Source: Thraustochytrium aureum (taxonomy: Eukaryota). Taken from it: a stretch of DNA of 60,801 nucleotides. The position numbers and the translations under genes were made by a program. Location: NCBI GenBank assembly GCA_012862495.1, contig BLSG01000329.1, forward strand, positions 52,651-113,451. Direction: 5' to 3'. Positions 57,948 to 60,801 of the stretch are shown piece after piece. The number at the start of each line of letters is the position of its first letter. Positions within the stretch are counted from its first letter, which is position 1. Below the pieces are notes generated by a model. It had not been told where the DNA came from and searched no databases. It saw nothing but the letters and a program-made list of their open reading frames with translations.

Positions 57948-59399
57948 ATGCCAGAGTACATTTTGAACTGCACCAAGGACTTTGACTGCCCTGGATCACA
58001 GATTTGCTTCAAGAATGTGACTTGGGCCCCCGTGGAATGGCCGTTCTGCGCCTGCAACACTTACTTTGGCTTCGCTGGCGAGAACAAGGGGTGCACGGAA
58101 AGGACGCCCACGTTCTACTACCTGGTGGCCTCGCTCAGTTTTCAAGTCGTACTGACAGGCACGCTCACTCTGGTTGCACTTTACGACGCGTACTGCATCC
58201 TGCGCATTTTCGGCCTCAAGCGCAGGCCCAACTCGACGCTCATCACCACGCTCAGCGTGCCGTTTGCGCTCGCCTTTTACTTGTGCTGGCGCGCCCTGTT
58301 CCTGGCCACCGTGTTCAGCCCAGAAGAGGCCACCGTGGAGTTCAACCACGGGTTGAAGCGCCAAAAGTTCGGGACAGCAGATGCCAAGTGGGGCAAGTTC
58401 CAGATCATCATGAGACCCATCATCTTCCTGACCTGGTTTTTCACCGTCCTAAGCGCCGGGTCGCTCTCCTTGGTCTGGATCTCGCTCTCGCAGCGCGTCG
58501 AGTCGATGAGGGACTTCAACGCGTTTGAGGCGTGGCGGCAGTGGATCATCATGTTTTTCGTTTGCTTCACAGCCTGCCTGGGCATCATCGCAGTCTTTGG
58601 CGCTTTCGAGTTTACTAGCATGGTGACGCTTCCGTTCCTCATCCTCATCCTCTTCAGCTTTGGGTATGGGCGCGGGCGCATGCTTGACCTTCTGCGACGT
58701 GCGATCCGCTTTGGAGAGTCGCAGCGCGCGGCGAGCGGCAGCCACGACCACGAAAAGTTGCGCAACCAGCCCAGCTCGTCCGACTCTTCCTCGGGGCCGC
58801 GTCTTGACAAGCGCTGGAGCAAGGAACGAAGCGCCATGATTGCCATTTCAAACGTCTCGTTGCGAGCAATGGTGAGCATCATGGGAATCCTCGTCTCCGG
58901 GTTCGCGCACTATTGGCTCAACGCGTTGCACCCGGAAGGGTGGCGCGAGTTTGCGCCGATTGGCAAGGTCTCGAGCATCACCATCGCCGCTGACGTAGAG
59001 GCCATCTTTGTGCTTCTTCTCCTGCTCGCTGTGGTGCTGTACATGCACCGAAATACACGAAACCTCGTTCGCTCGCACAGCAGGGACATGCGCAAGATCC
59101 TCACGTTCCTCCAGTCAAGCGTCAACTATGCCACTGGGCTTCCGCGCCGCGCGAACCGTCCGGCACCTCGGCCAGCCGATCGCGGGGACGAAGACGAAGA
59201 CGACGAGGACGAGGACGTCGCCTCGCAGGTTCAGTTATCCACGGCGTTCTCGCAGCTGTTCCCGCAAAAGGCGCTTCGCGCGACGGCGGTGACGCAGGCC
59301 CCCAGCTCTACCTGTGTGAAGGGCTCTGAGGTCGAGGACGAGGCCGGCACAGAGCACGACGAAGTTGAGTTGGAAGGCGAGTCCGAGTTTTCGGTGTAA
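57948..59399 (+). CDS. Cys-rich (EGF-like) ectodomain + about 7TM receptor-like protein
   Basis: NCTKDFDCPGSQIC...FCACNTYFGFAGENKGC followed by about 7 hydrophobic helices, a long loop after helix 5 and an acidic tail. Confidence 0.75.
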   Translation: MPEYILNCTKDFDCPGSQICFKNVTWAPVEWPFCACNTYFGFAGENKGCTERTPTFYYLVASLSFQVVLTGTLTLVALYDAYCILRIFGLKRRPNSTLITTLSVPFALAFYLCWRALFLATVFSPEEATVEFNHGLKRQKFGTADAKWGKFQIIMRPIIFLTWFFTVLSAGSLSLVWISLSQRVESMRDFNAFEAWRQWIIMFFVCFTACLGIIAVFGAFEFTSMVTLPFLILILFSFGYGRGRMLDLLRRAIRFGESQRAASGSHDHEKLRNQPSSSDSSSGPRLDKRWSKERSAMIAISNVSLRAMVSIMGILVSGFAHYWLNALHPEGWREFAPIGKVSSITIAADVEAIFVLLLLLAVVLYMHRNTRNLVRSHSRDMRKILTFLQSSVNYATGLPRRANRPAPRPADRGDEDEDDEDEDVASQVQLSTAFSQLFPQKALRATAVTQAPSSTCVKGSEVEDEAGTEHDEVELEGESEFSV

Positions 59400-59764
59400 T
59401 CTACATACAAACAGAGCGGCAGGCAGGCGCAGCTGCGGTGACTCGCCAAGCGGTCTGACGGTGCTGGCGGCAGCGCCGCCGNGCCCCCTGCGGCGATGCC
59501 ANNNNNNNNNNNNNNNNNNNNNNNNNNNNNNNNNNNNNNNNNNNNNNNNNNNNNNNNNNNNNNNNNNNNNNNNNNNNNNNNNNNNNNNNNNNNNNNNNNN
59601 NNNNNNNNNNNNNNNNNNNNNNNNNNNNNNNNNNNNNNNNNNNNNNNNNNNNNNNNNNNNNNNNNNNNNNNNNNNNNNNNNNNNNNNNNNNCGGCGATGC
59701 CAATATTATTTACCTGGTTTCAGCAAGCTGTTTTGCCCAAAGCTCCGGCGCGCGGGTCAGAGCT

Positions 59765-60801
59765 TCAGCTTTCTTGCCCAGAGCGACCCCCGGCATGCGC
59801 CGCGGATGCTGTTGCCGTCTCCGCGTGGCTCAGGAGCGTTCGGAACGAAGTTGCGCCGGTCCCGACGTCTTCAGCAGCCAGATAACGGAGAGCCACACCC
59901 TTGTGCGTGCGGCGCAGGGCGGTGTACGCCCCAATACAGCGCCCCAGTGCGTCAAGCGCCGAGGGCTGCTGCCGGCAAGCCGCAGCCAAGCCGCCGGTTG
60001 CGGCAAACACCGCCTGGAGCCGCGTCACGAGATTGCGGTGCCGGCCCGGCAGGTAGGCAAGCATTTCGTGCTGAAAGGCGGCCATGTCTTCCTCGTGCCG
60101 AACACCAAGAGCAGCATCGAAAATGAAAAACATTGCACTCTGGCCCGCGCTTGGTCCCTTGGGCCTGGCAAAGGTTCCGCCATAATCGACGCCACGCGGG
60201 AAGAAGCCCTGCAAAAGCCCACGGTACACGTTGAACGAATCGCGCGGTACGAGGCGGCTTGCTTCAGAAAATACGCGCCGAAATGCATCAAAGACGGCGG
60301 TGAGCCGATCGAGGAGCTGTGTCACAGCCGCGTCTTCGCACCCGGGCACGAATCCGTCAGCACCAATGATGAGGTCGAATAGCACATCAGCCGCAAGAGC
60401 GTGCATTGATGTGGCGAGCGAATGAAACCCTGTCTCTGCGACCTCGCTAGACATGCGAGAAACGAGCGCAATGTGGCCTGGCTGACAGGCATCCCCGTTG
60501 CTTTCGTCGACGAGCCTCCAATTCCACGTATCCGCCCCGCAAGCGCACAGAACTGGCGGCAGCTCCAACGCACCGGAGACGATCAAAAACGACCGCCCCA
60601 GCGCCGGAGGGAGGTGGCACAATAAACCGCTTCCAGCAGGATCGGCAGTGGCCTCCAAGGCAGGCCAACCCGGTTGCGGGTTTGGGCGCCTCCACGCAAC
60701 CGAGGGCCCATGGACGTACGAGTGCACCAGGAAGCTGAGCACGACGTAAGCGCGACGCAGAAGCCGCACGTCGCCTCGGACCGAGGCGAAGGCAGCCTCG
60801 G
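59765..60801 (-). CDS. IDO: Indoleamine 2,3-dioxygenase family haem protein (5' end outside the window)
   Basis: LRRAYVVLSFLVHSYVHG, LPPVL...WNW, GPSAGQS, LGVRH, EMLAYLP..HR, proximal His in RRTH, and GTGAT. Confidence 0.9.
   Translation of the reverse strand, partial: EAAFASVRGDVRLLRRAYVVLSFLVHSYVHGPSVAWRRPNPQPGWPALEATADPAGSGLLCHLPPALGRSFLIVSGALELPPVLCACGADTWNWRLVDESNGDACQPGHIALVSRMSSEVAETGFHSLATSMHALAADVLFDLIIGADGFVPGCEDAAVTQLLDRLTAVFDAFRRVFSEASRLVPRDSFNVYRGLLQGFFPRGVDYGGTFARPKGPSAGQSAMFFIFDAALGVRHEEDMAAFQHEMLAYLPGRHRNLVTRLQAVFAATGGLAAACRQQPSALDALGRCIGAYTALRRTHKGVALRYLAAEDVGTGATSFRTLLSHAETATASAAHAGGRSGQES

Overview
This is a gene-dense, GC-rich eukaryotic scaffold segment with short spliceosomal introns and many N-gaps. 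Gene content suggests a protist, possibly a stramenopile such as a thraustochytrid, but that is inference. About 30 protein-coding genes can be supported: DOHH, CAMTA, two tandem GPCR-like paralogues, a PC-esterase/NXPE-like protein, a class IV aminotransferase, a signal-peptide JmjC protein, an ammonium transporter, an ankyrin protein, a sterol delta-7 reductase, PDX1, a PDZ-PX protein, biotin ligase, a mitochondrial citrate carrier, PC4, ZNHIT2, RGS, TFIIE-alpha, a GCP6-like gamma-tubulin complex subunit, DP, syntaxin-16, AP-2 sigma, a Cys-rich 7TM protein, an IDO-like dioxygenase and several hypotheticals. Many genes break frame at short homopolymers and several gaps are flanked by duplicated sequence; both look like draft-assembly artefacts. 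The strongest candidate for new biology is the GCP6-like protein, whose central insert carries at least 10 PGG repeats resembling the SPIRAL1/Jupiter microtubule-binding motif. Also notable are an 89-bp higher-order array of telomere-like GGTTAGG motifs, a DP protein with an altered DNA-recognition motif, and a set of GPCR-like/RGS signalling genes. I saw no rRNA, tRNA, CRISPR or recognisable mobile element. All family calls come from motif recognition by eye; no database search was run.
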